From Mustelus asterias (Eukaryota), in the NCBI RefSeq assembly GCF_964213995.1, contig NW_027590170.1:744001-808000 (forward strand): 64,000 nucleotides of DNA, read 5' to 3'. Positions 23,053 through 35,263 of this stretch are shown in pieces (positions within the stretch are counted from its first letter, which is position 1; each line of letters opens with the position of its first letter). Made by a program: the position numbers and the translations under genes. The notes beneath the pieces were generated by a model, which had not been told where the DNA came from, ran no database searches, and saw only the letters and a list, made by a program, of their open reading frames with translations.

Positions 23053-24889
23053 GCTCCAAATAGTTATATAGTCTGATATAACATAACACATGATAAGGAA
23101 AGGGTGATTTCGGACAGCCGCTTGTCCCGCTGGAATACTAGACTAGCTGCAGAACCACAATATTATCGTTCCAGTACCCGCTGCAGGAAACAAACAAACA
23201 TGGTGAGACACCGCCATCTGGTGGCTATGTGAGGCTAATTTCTGGAAAATCACCGAATTCTCAAGTTCCTGAAATATGTTGTTACAAGACTCTGCCGCAT
23301 TATTCTTGCAAATATTGTTATTGTTGCAATGCAATGAACGTATGCATGAGAGCTAATTCCATTTTTATCTTAAACACTGCCGATTTATTGTCATGCCTCA
23401 GCCTCTCTGGATCACGAAGCTTGCTTTAGCGATATGAATCCGCCAAGGTCCCAATGAAATCCAGATTTTAAAACAACAACACATGCCAATTATGTAAATA
23501 TACCCCCTGTTCACACATTCGTTCGAGATTTAAATGGTACCGTTTCAATTTTAGTTTCTTCGGTTGGCAGCAAACTGGGAAAATAATGTCGGAATTAATA
23601 TTAAATAGTAAGCGTAACAAAAGTGAAATGATGAAAAAGGCATAAGCATCAGGAATAATAAAATCAAAACAATAACATCCGTAATAATCTGGCATGGTAA
23701 TATTTTAGAATGCTGCAATATTCGAGAATAATTGGGTTTACGCAGATCATTCCACTAGGTGGCGCTCCAGAAACTTTTATTTGACCGAAAGTACGTAAAA
23801 CTGCAGTTCACCGCTCTCACAGGTGACAGCTGTAAATTACAGGAAATAATGTTGTGATGTGACACTTCACTGTGAACAGTGGCATATTTAGGACAAGCAC
23901 CCGTCGATGAATTGTCAATGTTATGGCAAAGGAGACTTGGAGAGTGAACTTTGCAAACCATTGCATTTCATGGTGCATGGTCACAGGGTTTACTGAAGGA
24001 AAAAATCAGCGCAATGTTTCTAATTAATAGCGTTGATCAGTGAGAAGGACAGCAAAAGAGAGAGAGGGAGGGTATGTCTGTGAGAGAGAGGTGGTGCGGG
24101 TTCCCATGCTTGTGATGTAAGATTTTGGTTACGATTGTTCACAAACACAAAGTATCCAGAAAATGCAAGGACTTACAAATCTCTTCATTTCGCTATGCGC
24201 GTCAGAGAGACAACTCTTTGTGGCGGTGATCCACAATGCCCCGTGTCCTCTGTATAAATAATGTTTCAAACAGCACACACAGCGGCTGCACTGGAAATAA
24301 ACTTCCATCATTTGTAAAGTGCTTTCAGATGTCCAGAATCCATCAAGGACGCTAGACCAGTAAAAAAAACTTTTATTTCACTTGAAGAGTAATAGTTGAT
24401 TCCAAAGGTTAAACATGTTATCCGGCCGCTTCCATCAGGAGCCGCAAAGGTTGCTGCTTTAAATTTCCGTTTCTTTATTTTAATCCATGATTGGGTTGAT
24501 GAACAGTCACTAACTCCCGGGATATCCAGGATTCAGTCTTCAGTCTATTCCGAGATTCTTTCCTCCCCACAAGACACATGGATTCTTTCAGGAAAAACAA
24601 TGCCAGAAGGTACTTGGGTGACGCTGATGGAAAGTGACTGAGGCATCGAGAAGTTGCTCCTATCTATCTCTCAGTTATCAGGCTGATCACCTCGATTAAC
24701 CGTTGCATCAATCCGGCATGTGTAAATATAAACTATATATTAATTGTCAAAACAGTGTAAATACCTCAGAATTAACAATATACGCGCTAATCTACACACA
24801 ACGCTTGCCAGGCTAGGTTCCGTTGTTATTTTTACCGCCTATGAAGCAGAAGATTTGAGGAGACTCTAGTCGCAGGATCTATTCAGATG

Positions 24890-25190
24890 CGGCCGTGCAC
24901 TCCGCAGCGGATGGTGAATTGTCAAAGGTACCGAATGAGATGTTAAATCGAGGGCACCGACTGCCTTCTCAGATGGACGTGATAGTGCGCAAGGACACTA
25001 TTTCGAAGAAGAGCAGTAGAGTTGCTCTAGTCAATAACTACCCAAGAATAAACGTCCTGAAACAGGCTATCCATAATAATGTTATTTGAAGGACCATGGT
25101 GGGGGCCAACTTGGCTTGTGTTTTTTTCATTCATCGTATCAGTGACATTAAACACATTGTGTGACATCAGGTAAGTCGGCATATAAATAT
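24890..25190 (+). mobile_element. DeuSINE-like (AmnSINE1/SacSINE1-type Deu domain) old SINE
   Basis: atgagatgttaaatcgaggg..tctcagatggacgt..cactatttcgaagaagagcag resembles the Deu-domain core as I recall it. Confidence 0.5.
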
Positions 25191-25242
25191 TCTATAATGA
25201 TTCACTCAACAGCCACATTTGAATGTTGAGTGACGCTCTGAC

Positions 25243-26051
25243 AGTTTTTGTACAGGTTCAGCACATTTCTGTGTCTCTGTGGGTCTCAGTGCGCAGTAAT
25301 ACACCCCGGAGTCTGCCAGCTCTATCTTAGACACATTCAGCGGAATGGTGCTCTTCATAAAGTCAAACTCTGCAGAGAAACAGTCCCCTCGGAATCTTTC
25401 TGTGTTCCCACTGTACCTACTTTTCTGATACAGAAACTCCATGGACCCGCTGGGATACTGACGATACCAGAATAGATTAGGGTCGTCGCTGGTTGTAGCT
25501 GTAAAGTTACAGATCAACTGACCGTCACGTCCTTCACTCACTGTGATTGCAGCTGGTGTCTGTGTAACAGAGTCTCCTCCACAATATCCTGAAAGTATTC
25601 AGCGTAACAACACATTAAATGATGTCAATCAACTACGTTTATCACACAGAATCTGCATTTTGCCCTGTGCAACAGCCGGATAAATAACTTGGAGCAACGA
25701 AAGTGAAACATATTTCCAACATCTCTGGGATTATAACTTGATTATATTTGAATCGAATAATAAAATTTCTGGAATGCACATTTGGCGCCATCGATCGGGT
25801 TCACTTCCCCTCTCGCGTTTCCTGCAATTTGAAGGGGAAACTGACAACTGTCCATAGGTTTTCAAGTCCACTGTTTGTCACAGGGTGTGTGGCGGTAAAG
25901 TGCTGAGGGTTAATTTATGATCAATCCATTGTTACCGATGTGATGATGCCATGTGTGGTAAATATATGAAACACAGCTTTGTGAAACTTGTGAACTGACC
26001 GGTTAACAGAGCAGCCGCTGTGAGGAATAAACACAAAGTGACAGGAGACAT
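25243..26051 (-). CDS. TCR alpha/delta-type V segment (V2), apparently intact; leader 26051-26000, V exon 25588-25282, 23-RSS
   Basis: MSPVTLCLFLTAAALLT|GYCGGDSVTQTP..LIC..LFWYRQYP..LADSGVYYCALR; heptamer CACAGAG (25281-25275), 23 nt, ACAAAAACT (25251-25243). Confidence 0.9.
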
Positions 26052-26394
26052 GTTTGCAGAGACCTCATAGCACAGTCAACAGCAATGGGCTGAGGCTGAA
26101 AGTTTTCACTCAAGAATTGAGAAGCGGGTGAGCAACACCCACTATTCTTCTGATTGGTTCTTCGCCGCGTGCGTCATCAGTTGACATTGAATCATCTAAA
26201 ACAAATATGCGAACGATTCAACCAATAATGTCAAACTCCTTGGATCTTCAATTCCTACCCTCCACGCGGAGTGAAAGGTGATTTTATTCATCTTAACCTG
26301 AGTACTCTCTGTGGAATAATTCCAGCGTTGGTCCTTTAGCAGCTCAATCTGTACAGCGGAGTCAGAGAAGGGAAACAATGAATGAAACAGTGAA

Positions 26395-26725
26395 TGTATG
26401 GCCACATTCCCCTCCAACTCAATTTTCAAGTTTGCTGATGACACCACCGTGGTGGGTCGGATTCCGAACAATGATGAGGCAGGAAAGAGATGGTGAATCT
26501 GGTGAACTGGTGCGAGGACAGTAGTCGCTCCCTGAATGTCAGTTAAACGAAAGAGATAGTCATCGACTTCATTAAGCGTAGTGGCGGACATGCACTATAG
26601 ACATCAACGGGGATGAAGTGGGAATGGTCGAGAGCTTCAAGGTTTCTCGATGTCCAGATCACCAACAACTCGTCCTGATCCATCCACGCCGGCGCTATAT
26701 ATAAGAAAGCCCACCAACACCTCTC
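26395..26725 (+). mobile_element. Rex1/Babar- or L2-like LINE RT fragment
   Basis: KFADDTTVVGRI.NNDE motif, distinct from CR1 KFADDTK. Confidence 0.6.
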
Positions 26726-26899
26726 AAGAGGCGAAGGGCTAGAACTTAGAACTATAACGTTTTCCTTTCACTGTCTCTAGGTCGAAATGCGGAGCTCTCT
26801 CCCGAATAGTTTTGTGTATATACTTACAACACATGGACTGCAGCAGTCCAAGACGGCAGCTCACTATCACTTTTACAAAGGCAATTAGTGAAGGGCAAT

Positions 26900-28130
26900 C
26901 ATAGAGTCATAGAGGTTTGCAGCATGGAAAAAAGGCCCTTCGACCCAAATTGTCCATGCCGCCCATTTTTTTAAACCTCTAAGCTAATCCCACTTGCCCG
27001 CATTTGGCACATATCCCTCTATACCCATCGTACCCATGTAACTATCTAAATGCTTTTTAAAAGGCAAAATTGTACCCGCTTCTACTACTACCTCTATCAG
27101 CTTGTTCCAGACACCTACCACCCTATGTGTGAAACAATTGCCCTTCTGAAGACTTTTATATCTCTCCCCTCACACCTTAAACCTATGCCCTCTAGTTTTA
27201 GACTCCCCTACATTTGGGAAAATATATTGACTATCTCGCTGATCTGTGCCCCTCATTTTATAGAGCTCTATAAGATCACCCCTCAGCCTCCTACGCTCCA
27301 GAGGAGAAAGTCCCAGTCTATCCAGCCTCTCCTTCTAACTCAATCCATCAAGTCCCGGTAGCATCCTAGTAAATCTTTTCTGCACTTCTTCTAGTTTAAT
27401 AATATCCTTTCTATAATAGGGTGACCAGAATTGCATACAGTATTCCAAGTGTGGCCTGACCAATGTCTTGTACAACTTCAACAAGACATTCCAACTCCTG
27501 TATTCAATGTTCTGACCGATGAAACCAAGCATGCCGAATGCCTTCTTCACCACTCTGTCCACCTGTGACCCCACTTTCAAGGAGCTATGAACATGTACCC
27601 CAAGATCTCTCTGTAACTCTCCCCAACGCCCTACCATTAACTGATTAAGTCCTGCCCTGGTTCAATCTACCTAAATGCATCACCTCGCATTTGTCTAAAT
27701 TAAACTCCATCTGCCATTCGTCAGCCCACTCGCCCAATTGATAAAGATCCCGTTGCAATTGGAGATAACTTTCTTCACTGTCCACTATGCCACCAATCTT
27801 AGTGTCATCTGCAAACTTAGTAACCATGCCCCCTATATTCTCATCCAAATCATTAATATAAATGACAAATAACAGTGGACCCAGCACTGATCCTTGAGGC
27901 ACACCGCTGGTCACAGGCCTCCAGTTTGAAAAACAACTCTCTACAACCACCCTCTGGTTTCTGTCAATGAGCCAATTTTGCATCCATTTAGATACCTCAC
28001 CCTGAATCCCGTGAGATTTAACCTTATGCAACAATCTGCCATGCAGTACCTTGTCAAAGGCCTTGCTAAAGTCCGTGTAGACAACATCAACTGCACTGCC
28101 CTCATCTACCTTCTTGGTTACCCCTTCAAA
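26900..28130 (-). mobile_element. 5'-truncated CR1 LINE
   Basis: RT ORFs 27645-28181 and 27335-27637; catagagt tail. Confidence 0.9.
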
Positions 28131-28389
28131 AAATACAGCTTTGACAATAACGTTCACTTTTACTAAAGATGAAAAGAACACAACCGCTTACCCATTACGT
28201 CAATCAAACCAACAACTGAACCAAACTCCTCATGCCCCCTTCGGCGAATGCGTTTAAATTTCATGAAATTTAATTCAGAATATGTGGGCGACTTGGGGTA
28301 ACTTGCACCGACGAAAGACAGATAGAGATGAAATAGTAAATTACTGCAAACGACTGTCAGATTGTATGAATCGTTTTTTTTTTCACACT

Positions 28390-28592
28390 TGGCACAGTTA
28401 GCACTCCTGCCTCACAACTCCAGGGACTTGGGTCACTGTCTGTGTGAAGTTTGCACATTCTCCCCGTGTCTGCGTGGATTTCCTCCGGGTGCTCCGGTTT
28501 CCTCCCACAGTCTAAAGATGTGCGGGTTAGGTTGATTGGCCGTGCTAAATTGCCCCTTTGTGAATAGCCCGCACTGTAGGGATTCCATGATT
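28390..28592 (+). mobile_element. V-SINE-type SINE (partial)
   Basis: Core sequence as in other copies. Confidence 0.75.
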
Positions 28593-28648
28593 CTATTTCA
28601 CCGATGCTATAATGTATATTGGCAACTTCTGTCCTGCCAAGAGGCGAG

Positions 28649-29247
28649 GGTTTCTTGCCGTGAATCTAACTTTTTATCACTGAATGCCTCAGGGAGCAGA
28701 AATAAATTGCAGTGCCTCTCAGTTACAGCCCAGAGATGGGGAAAGTGAATTTTCTTGTCAAGCTGTTAAATTGCGCAAAAGAAGTATTTGGCAAAACCTG
28801 TCTCATCGCTGAACCTCCCGCGTATTTTATCAGAATAAGCTCTGGCTTTGTTTCAGGAATGTTGCCGGTAGCAGTATAAATCATTGCAGTCGCTCGGTGC
28901 AGGATTATAGATGGAGGTTAAAGTCACCGCTTCTCCTTCTGTCTTAACTCCTGAGAATAGCAGCTGCTGATAGCGTTTCCATGACTCAGATCTGGAAAAA
29001 AAGATGTTCCAATGGTGATAGGTCAAACATGCGAGAATTTAAAAATCAGATTCGCAACATGTTGGAAGTAAAAGGACAAGTAAAATGTTTTGGATCCGCT
29101 AATGTCGTAATTTCCACCATTTTACAAATAAGAATACATTGTTTAGTGCGGTTAGGGGGAGAGTGGAGTATTAGTCGGGAGGAAATACTTACTGAGATGT
29201 TACAGAGTTAGCAGGAAGGAAAGAGATAGTTCCGAATGTCGCTCCCG
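28649..29247 (-). pseudogene. Degenerate TCR V pseudogene (V3), related to V5/V11/V12
   Basis: Acceptor ttccag|atctgagtcatgga at 28991; TEGEAVTL, LYCYRQH, ISGL, TAIYFCSLR remnants with frameshifts; decayed RSS TTCAGTG..CAAGAAACC; decayed leader ending gtaagt near 29190. Confidence 0.7.
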
Positions 29248-29914
29248 TTGTCTGTAACTCTGCAGACAATGAACCCCTCTGTCAAAGCAAGTGCTGGTCC
29301 CCAACCACAGAACTGCTCAGCCAACCGATGGCAGCCAGGGGATAGGTGCATCAATCTCACCACTTCAGAGACAAGGGCAGGCAGGTCAAATGGAAACTGT
29401 GAGAGGTCCGACAACTGGCGCTGTTATCCTCCTGGGGTCTGTGCTTAAGAAATGATCGCGCTGTTCTCACTTTCTATCTCGTGTTGAAGTATTTCTATCT
29501 GTGAAACAAATCAACCCAAAAGACAGATTCTGGCCGGTGTGACTCGCTACAGAGGGTCACGTGTTTCTCTCAATCAGCTCCCCACCCAAGTGTCTGACTG
29601 ATACCTACAACAATATTGGATACATCATGTAGTAAAAACATTTCCTGCAATTTTACTCCAATTTTAATTGTAGAGACGGACTCGGGAACACGGGTTCGAA
29701 GTGAAAAGTGCATTTCTGGGATAATATCGACAAATGCTTCTCATTCACAGAAAGTGGTAAATGTGCGAAATAAATTTCTGGTTTCAATGGAAGGTGGCTG
29801 GAAACCTAGATATTTAAGGAGATGTTTGCAGATATATTCGTGGAGGGAGCTACTACATTTTCGTAAGTGGTTGCATGACCTCCCTCAATCCCAGTGATCA
29901 CATGAACTGGAATG

Positions 29915-30847
29915 AACAAAGAACAAAGAACAAAGAACAATACAGCACAGGAACAGGCCCTTCGGCCCTCCAAGCCTGCGCCACTTATGTGCCCAACTAG
30001 ACCATTCGTTTATATCCCTCTATTCCCAGTCTGTTCATGTGGCTATCTAGATAACTCTTAAACGATCCCAGCGTGTCCGCTTCAATCACCTTGCTTGGCA
30101 GTGCATTCCAGGCCCCCACCACCCTCTGTGTAAAATACGTCCCCCTGACATCTGTGTTGAACCTTGCCCCCCTCACCTTGAACCCGTGACCCCTTGTGTT
30201 CGTCACCTCCGACCTGGGAAAAAGCTTCCCACTGTTCACCCTATCTATGCCCTTCATAATTTTATACACCTCTATTAGGTCGCCCCTCATCCTCCGCCTT
30301 TCCAGGGAGAACAACTCTAGTTTACCCAATCTCTCCTCATAGCTAAGACCCTCCATACCAGGCAACATCCTGGTAAACCTTTTCTGTACTCTCTCCATAG
30401 CCTCCACGTCCCTTTGGTAGTGTGACGACCAGAACTGGACGCAGTATGCCAAATGTGGCCGAACCAACGTTCTATACAGCTGCAACATCATATGCCAACT
30501 GTTATATTCTGTGCCCCGTCCAATAAAGGCAAGCATGCCATATGCCTTCTTGACCAGCCTCTCCACCTGTGCTGCCACCTTTAAGGATCTGTGGACTTGT
30601 ACACCCAGGTTCTGCCATTTATTGTACAGCTCCCCCTTACATTAGATCTACCGAAATGCATCACTTCGCATTCATCTGGATTAAATTCCATTTGCCATTT
30701 CTCAGCCCAGTGTTCCAGCCTATCTACATCCTGCTGTAATATCTGACAATGTTCATCACTATCCGCAACTCCTGCAATCTTTGTGTCGTCCACAAACTTA
30801 CTGATCACACCAGCTACACCTTCCTCCAAATCATTATATATATATAT

Positions 30848-30901
<54 letters not shown>

Positions 30902-31335
30902 AAACAGCAGAGGTCCCAGTACAGAGCTCTCCGGAACACCACTAGTCACAGACCTCCAACCGGAAAAAGACCCCTCCACTGTTACCCTCTGTCATCTATG
31001 GCTAAGCCAGTTCTCCACCCATCTAGCTAGCTCACCATTTATCCCGTAAAGTTTAAACTTTTGCACCAGCCTGCGATGAGGGACGCTTTACTAAAATCCA
31101 TATCGACGACATCCACGGCCCTTCCCTCGTCAATCGTTTTTGTCACCTCCTCAAAACACTCAACCAAATTTGAGAGGCATGACCTCCCTCGTACAAAACC
31201 ATGCTGTCTATCGCGAATGAGATTATTCAGTTCTAAATGCGCATATATCCTATCTCTAAGAATCTTCTCCAACAATTTCCCTACCACGGACGTCAAGCTC
31301 AGCGACCTATAAATACGCGCGGGTTATCCTTGACA
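29915..31335 (-). mobile_element. 5'-truncated CR1 LINE containing a (TA)n expansion
   Basis: RT ORFs 31039-31296, 30581-30979, 29997-30578; (gaacaaa)n tail. Confidence 0.9.
30835..30898. repeat. (TA)n microsatellite
   Basis: Direct observation. Confidence 0.95.
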
Positions 31336-31789
31336 AAAACACTATTTCTGTTTCTCCTTATATTCCCGACGTAGAAACACTTTGTGTTCTTCTGCAACAG
31401 GGAAATAGTGTCCAAACTTTGCCAGTCTTGATGTTATTCAGTAAATTGTCATACAAATCGATCTATGAATATTCATTTAAAATAAAACGAGATACATTGG
31501 ATCATGCTGCTGTATTTTTCCAACTGATTAGAAATATCGGTTTACAGTAGCTGATAGAAATTGATGCTGCCGTTGCAGATATAGAACTGGAACCCACCAT
31601 CACAACGAGTGATTCCACTGTCTGTTCAAATGTTGAGCAGTGAAAATTTCAATCATTCTCTTCTGTGTCACGACGGTAGTGAGTCAATAAGTCAATTCAC
31701 TCAACAAAGCCAGAATCAGTCAATCTTTCTCGCAACTTTCAAACATGTTGTTATTCTCTACCAATTGCCATTGAGCTATACGAATAAGT

Positions 31790-32905
31790 GAATGCATTTG
31801 GTGATGGCAAAAATGTGCTTACCCTCTCGGGGAACACAATCATATTGATGCACACACAAGGTAGGAATGGATTCCAAAGGCATGAATTCATGAAAAGAAA
31901 AAGGAAATCATGTCTGACTAATTTATTAGATTTCTTGGAGAAGTCCATCCCAGAGTGGATAGAAAGGGACCAGGGGATGTATTGTTTTTGGACTTCCAGA
32001 AGGTGTTCGACAAGGTACCTCGCAAAATGTTAACTCGTAACATAAGAGCCCATGATGTTGGGGGTAGTATATTTGTCGGTAGAGAATTGGCTGATGGCAG
32101 GAAGCAGCAATTTAGGATAAAGGGTTTTCAGTTTGGCGACGTGTAACCGTAGGGTTCCAGAGGGATTAATACTGGGATCACAACTGTTTACAATAAATGT
32201 TAATGACTTGGAGGGAGGAAGCAAATATATCGTAGAAAGTTTTTCAGACACAAAAATAGGTGGGAAGGCAAATTGCGACAGGGATACAAACAGTTGATAT
32301 CGAGATTTTGATAGGTTATCTAAGTAGTCGAAAAGTTGGAAAATGAAATTTAATGCGGGGAAACCTGAAAGTGTTCAATTTGGATGGGAGAACAAACGAA
32401 CAGAGTGCTATGCAAATAGGGAAACTGGATAACACTGCCACACAAAGGGACTTAGGGGTACTTGTGCATGAAACACAGAAAGTTAGCAGACATGTGCAGC
32501 AAGTAATCAAGAAGGATAATGGGATGTTGACTTTTATTTCAAGGGTGTTGGAGTATAAGAGTAGCGAAGTTTTGCTGCAGCTGTACAAGGTATTGGTGAG
32601 ACCACATCTGGAGTTCCGTCAGCAGCTTTGGTCCCCTTATTTAACGACATATCTTATTTCATTGCAGGTAGTTCAGGGAAGGTTTACAAAGCTGATCCCG
32701 AGTATGGAGGCATTGTCTTATGAGGAAAGATTAAACAGGTTGGGACACTACTCATTGGAATTTACAAAAATGAGATGGGCCCTCATTGAAACATAGGATT
32801 ATTGACGGCCTTGAGAGTCTAAATGCTGAGAAGATGTTTCCTCTCGTGGGAGAGTCCAGGGACAGAGGGCATAGTTTCAGAATAAACGAGCGCTAATTTA
32901 TGAGT
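31790..32905 (+). mobile_element. Degenerate CR1 LINE fragment
   Basis: KSCLTNLLDF, LDFQKVFDKVP, LYKVLVRPHLE. Confidence 0.85.
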
Positions 32906-32951
32906 GAGATTATTTATTCTATTAGATTAAACACCCTGACATCCTCCATAG

Positions 32952-33119
32952 TAAGAAGTCTCACTACACCAGGTTAAAGACCAACAGGTTTATTTGGAAT
33001 CACGAGCTTTCAGAGCGCTGTTCCCTCATCAGGCGAGTCACCTGTTGGACTTTAACCTGGTGTTGTGAGACTTCTTAACGTGTCAACACAAATTCAACGC
33101 CGGCATCTCCACATCATGG
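32952..33119. mobile_element. Short Penelope-derived element (inverted terminal-repeat fragments) with 11-bp TSD
   Basis: atcctccatag at 32941-32951 and 33120-33130; inverted repeat about 32951-32988 / 33041-33077; same terminal sequence as PLEs at 19.2 and 34.6 kb. Confidence 0.85.
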
Positions 33120-33134
33120 ATCCTCCATAGCGCA

Positions 33135-34370
33135 TAGACACTTAGAAACGAGAAGCAAGCGTCGGCCATTCGGTCCTTTTAACCTGCTCCGCCATTCATT
33201 TTGATCATAGCTGATTATCAAATTCAAAATCCTGATCCTGCCCTCCACCGATATCCCTTGATCCCTTTAAACCCAAGAGCGATATCTAGTTTCTTCTTGA
33301 AATCACACAAAGTTTTGACCTCAACTACTTCCTGTGGTAGTGAATTCCATGCATTCTCCACTCTCTGGGTGAAGAAATCTCTGCTCACCTCAGTCCGAAA
33401 AGGTTTAAGCCTTACCCTCCAACTGCGACTCTTAGTTCTGGACACCCCCATCATCGGGAAAAGTCTTTCTGAATCTATTCTGTCTCATCCTGGAAAGGGA
33501 GCAGGGCGAAGGTTTAACAGGCTGATTCCTGGGATGGCGGGTTTGTCATATGAAGAGAGACTAAATCGGTCAGGATTATATTCACTGGAGTTAGATGAGT
33601 GGGAGGGGGTCTCATAGAAACTTAGAAAATTCTAACAGGTTTAGGCAGGGTAGATTCAGAAAGAATGTTCCTAGTGATGGGGGAGTCCAGAACTAGGGGT
33701 CATAGTCTGAGGAAAAGGGGTAAACGTGTTAGAACTGAGGTAGGAAGAAATCTCTTCACCCAGAGGGTGGTGAATGTATGGAATTCACTACCACAGAATG
33801 TACTGGAGGCCAAAACGTTTTCTGATTTCAAGAATAAATTAAATATAGCTCTTGGGACTAAAGGGATCAAAGGATATGAGAGGAAGGGCGAATCAGGATG
33901 TTAAATTTGATGATCAACCATGATCAAAATGAATAGCGGAGAAGGCTCGATGGGCCGAATGGCTTATTCGGCTTCTAACTTCTGTGTGTCTTTGTAATCC
34001 TCTTATGAGGTTTCTATGAGAACTCCTCTCACTCTTTTGAACTCCAATCAATACAATTCTAACTGATTTATTCTCTACTGAAATGCCAAACCTAACATCA
34101 CAAGAAACAGCCTGGTAAACCTTCTCTGCACTCCCTCTGTAGCAAGGACATCCTTTCTCGGATGAGGACGCCAAAGCTACACGCAATACTCCAGGTGTGG
34201 CCCCAACAATGCCCGATAGAATTGCAGCAAAACATCCCTATTCCTGTGCTCAAATGCTCTTGCTATGAAGGCTATCATATCATTTTTCTTCTTCACTGCC
34301 TGCTGTAACTGCACGTTTACTTTCAGCGACTGACGCACGAGGACACCAGGCTCTCGCTGAGTATCCATCT
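33135..34370. mobile_element. Cluster of CR1 3' fragments in alternating orientation (about 33135-33490 -, 33495-33990 +, 33990-34370 -)
   Basis: FFTQRV.N.WNSLPQ and LGPHLEYCV motifs on both strands. Confidence 0.8.
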
Positions 34371-34379
34371 CGCTCCTGC

Positions 34380-34524
34380 TTTATCACTTTGGCGGGATAA
34401 CAACTGCAAGCCCAAATGTTGAGATCAAAGTTTAGTACAACTACCAAGATCACCGAGTTAACGATTAGCAAAGTCCTGATCTCCGACACAGCTGTGTATT
34501 TCAGTGCCATGAGTCCCCACACTG
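34380..34524 (+). pseudogene. TCR V 3' fragment (V4); RSS split by a Penelope insertion
   Basis: TELTISKVLISDTAVYFSAMS (second Cys>Ser) then heptamer CACACTG; spacer and nonamer-like sequence resume after 35274. Confidence 0.7.
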
Positions 34525-34526
34525 CT

Positions 34527-35263
34527 GTGGAGATGCCGGCGTTGGACTGGGGTAAACACAGTAAGAAGTTTAACAACACCAGGTTAAAGTCCAACAGGTT
34601 TATTTGGTAGCAAAAGCCACACAAGCTTTCGGAGCTCCAAGCCCCTTCTTCAGGTGAGTGGGAATTCTATTCATAAAAAAGGCATATAAAGACACAGACT
34701 CAATTTACAGAATAATGGTTGGAGTGCGAATCCTTACAGCTAATCAAGTCTTTCAGAAACAAAACAACGTGAGTGGAGAGAGCATCAAGACAGGCTAAAA
34801 ATATGTGTATTGTCTCCAGACAAAACAGCCAGTGAAACTCTGCAGGTCCAGGCAACTGTGGGGGTTACAGATAGTGGGACATGAACCCAATATCCCGGTT
34901 AAGGCCGTCCTTGTGTGTGCGGAACTTGGCTATCAGTTTCTGCTCAGCGACTCTGCCCTGTCGTGTGTCGCGAAGGCCGCCTTGGAGAACGCTTACCCGA
35001 ATATCAGAGGCCGAATGCCCGTGATCCCTGAAGTGCTCCCCAACAAGAAGAGAACAGTCTTGCCTGGTGATTGTCGAGCGGTGTTCATTCATCCGTTGTC
35101 GCAGCGTCTGCATAGTTTCCCCAATGTACCATGCCTCGGGACATCCTTTCCTGCAGCGTATCAGGTAGACAACGTTGGCCGAGTTGCAAGAGTATGTACC
35201 GTGTACCTGGTGGAGGGTGTTCTCACGTGTGATGATGGCATCTGTGTCAATGATATCTTGATA
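34527..35263 (-). mobile_element. 5'-truncated Penelope-like element with GIY-YIG endonuclease domain
   Basis: ORF 34865-35323: NVVYLIRC..C..WYIGET..LRQRMNEH..AEQKLI..GLN; 13-bp TSD tccccacactgct (34514-34526, 35264-35276). Confidence 0.9.
34620..34656 (-). ncRNA. Minimal hammerhead ribozyme in PLE terminal repeat
   Basis: CAC-CUGAAGA-A-GGGGC-UUGGA-GCUCC-GAAA-GC-UU-GUG: complete core, stems I and II pair, palindromic AAGCUU at stem III. Confidence 0.75.

Noticed and set aside
23225-23275. J-segment-like stretch (VRLISGK)
   Set aside because: No FGXG motif, no convincing upstream RSS, no splice donor
23847-23901. cactgtg-aacagtg flanked by weak nonamer-like sequences, resembling a germline RAG signal joint
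   Set aside because: Second heptamer lacks the essential CAC, spacers would be 12/11 (violating the 12/23 rule), and the left nonamer is poor; likely chance
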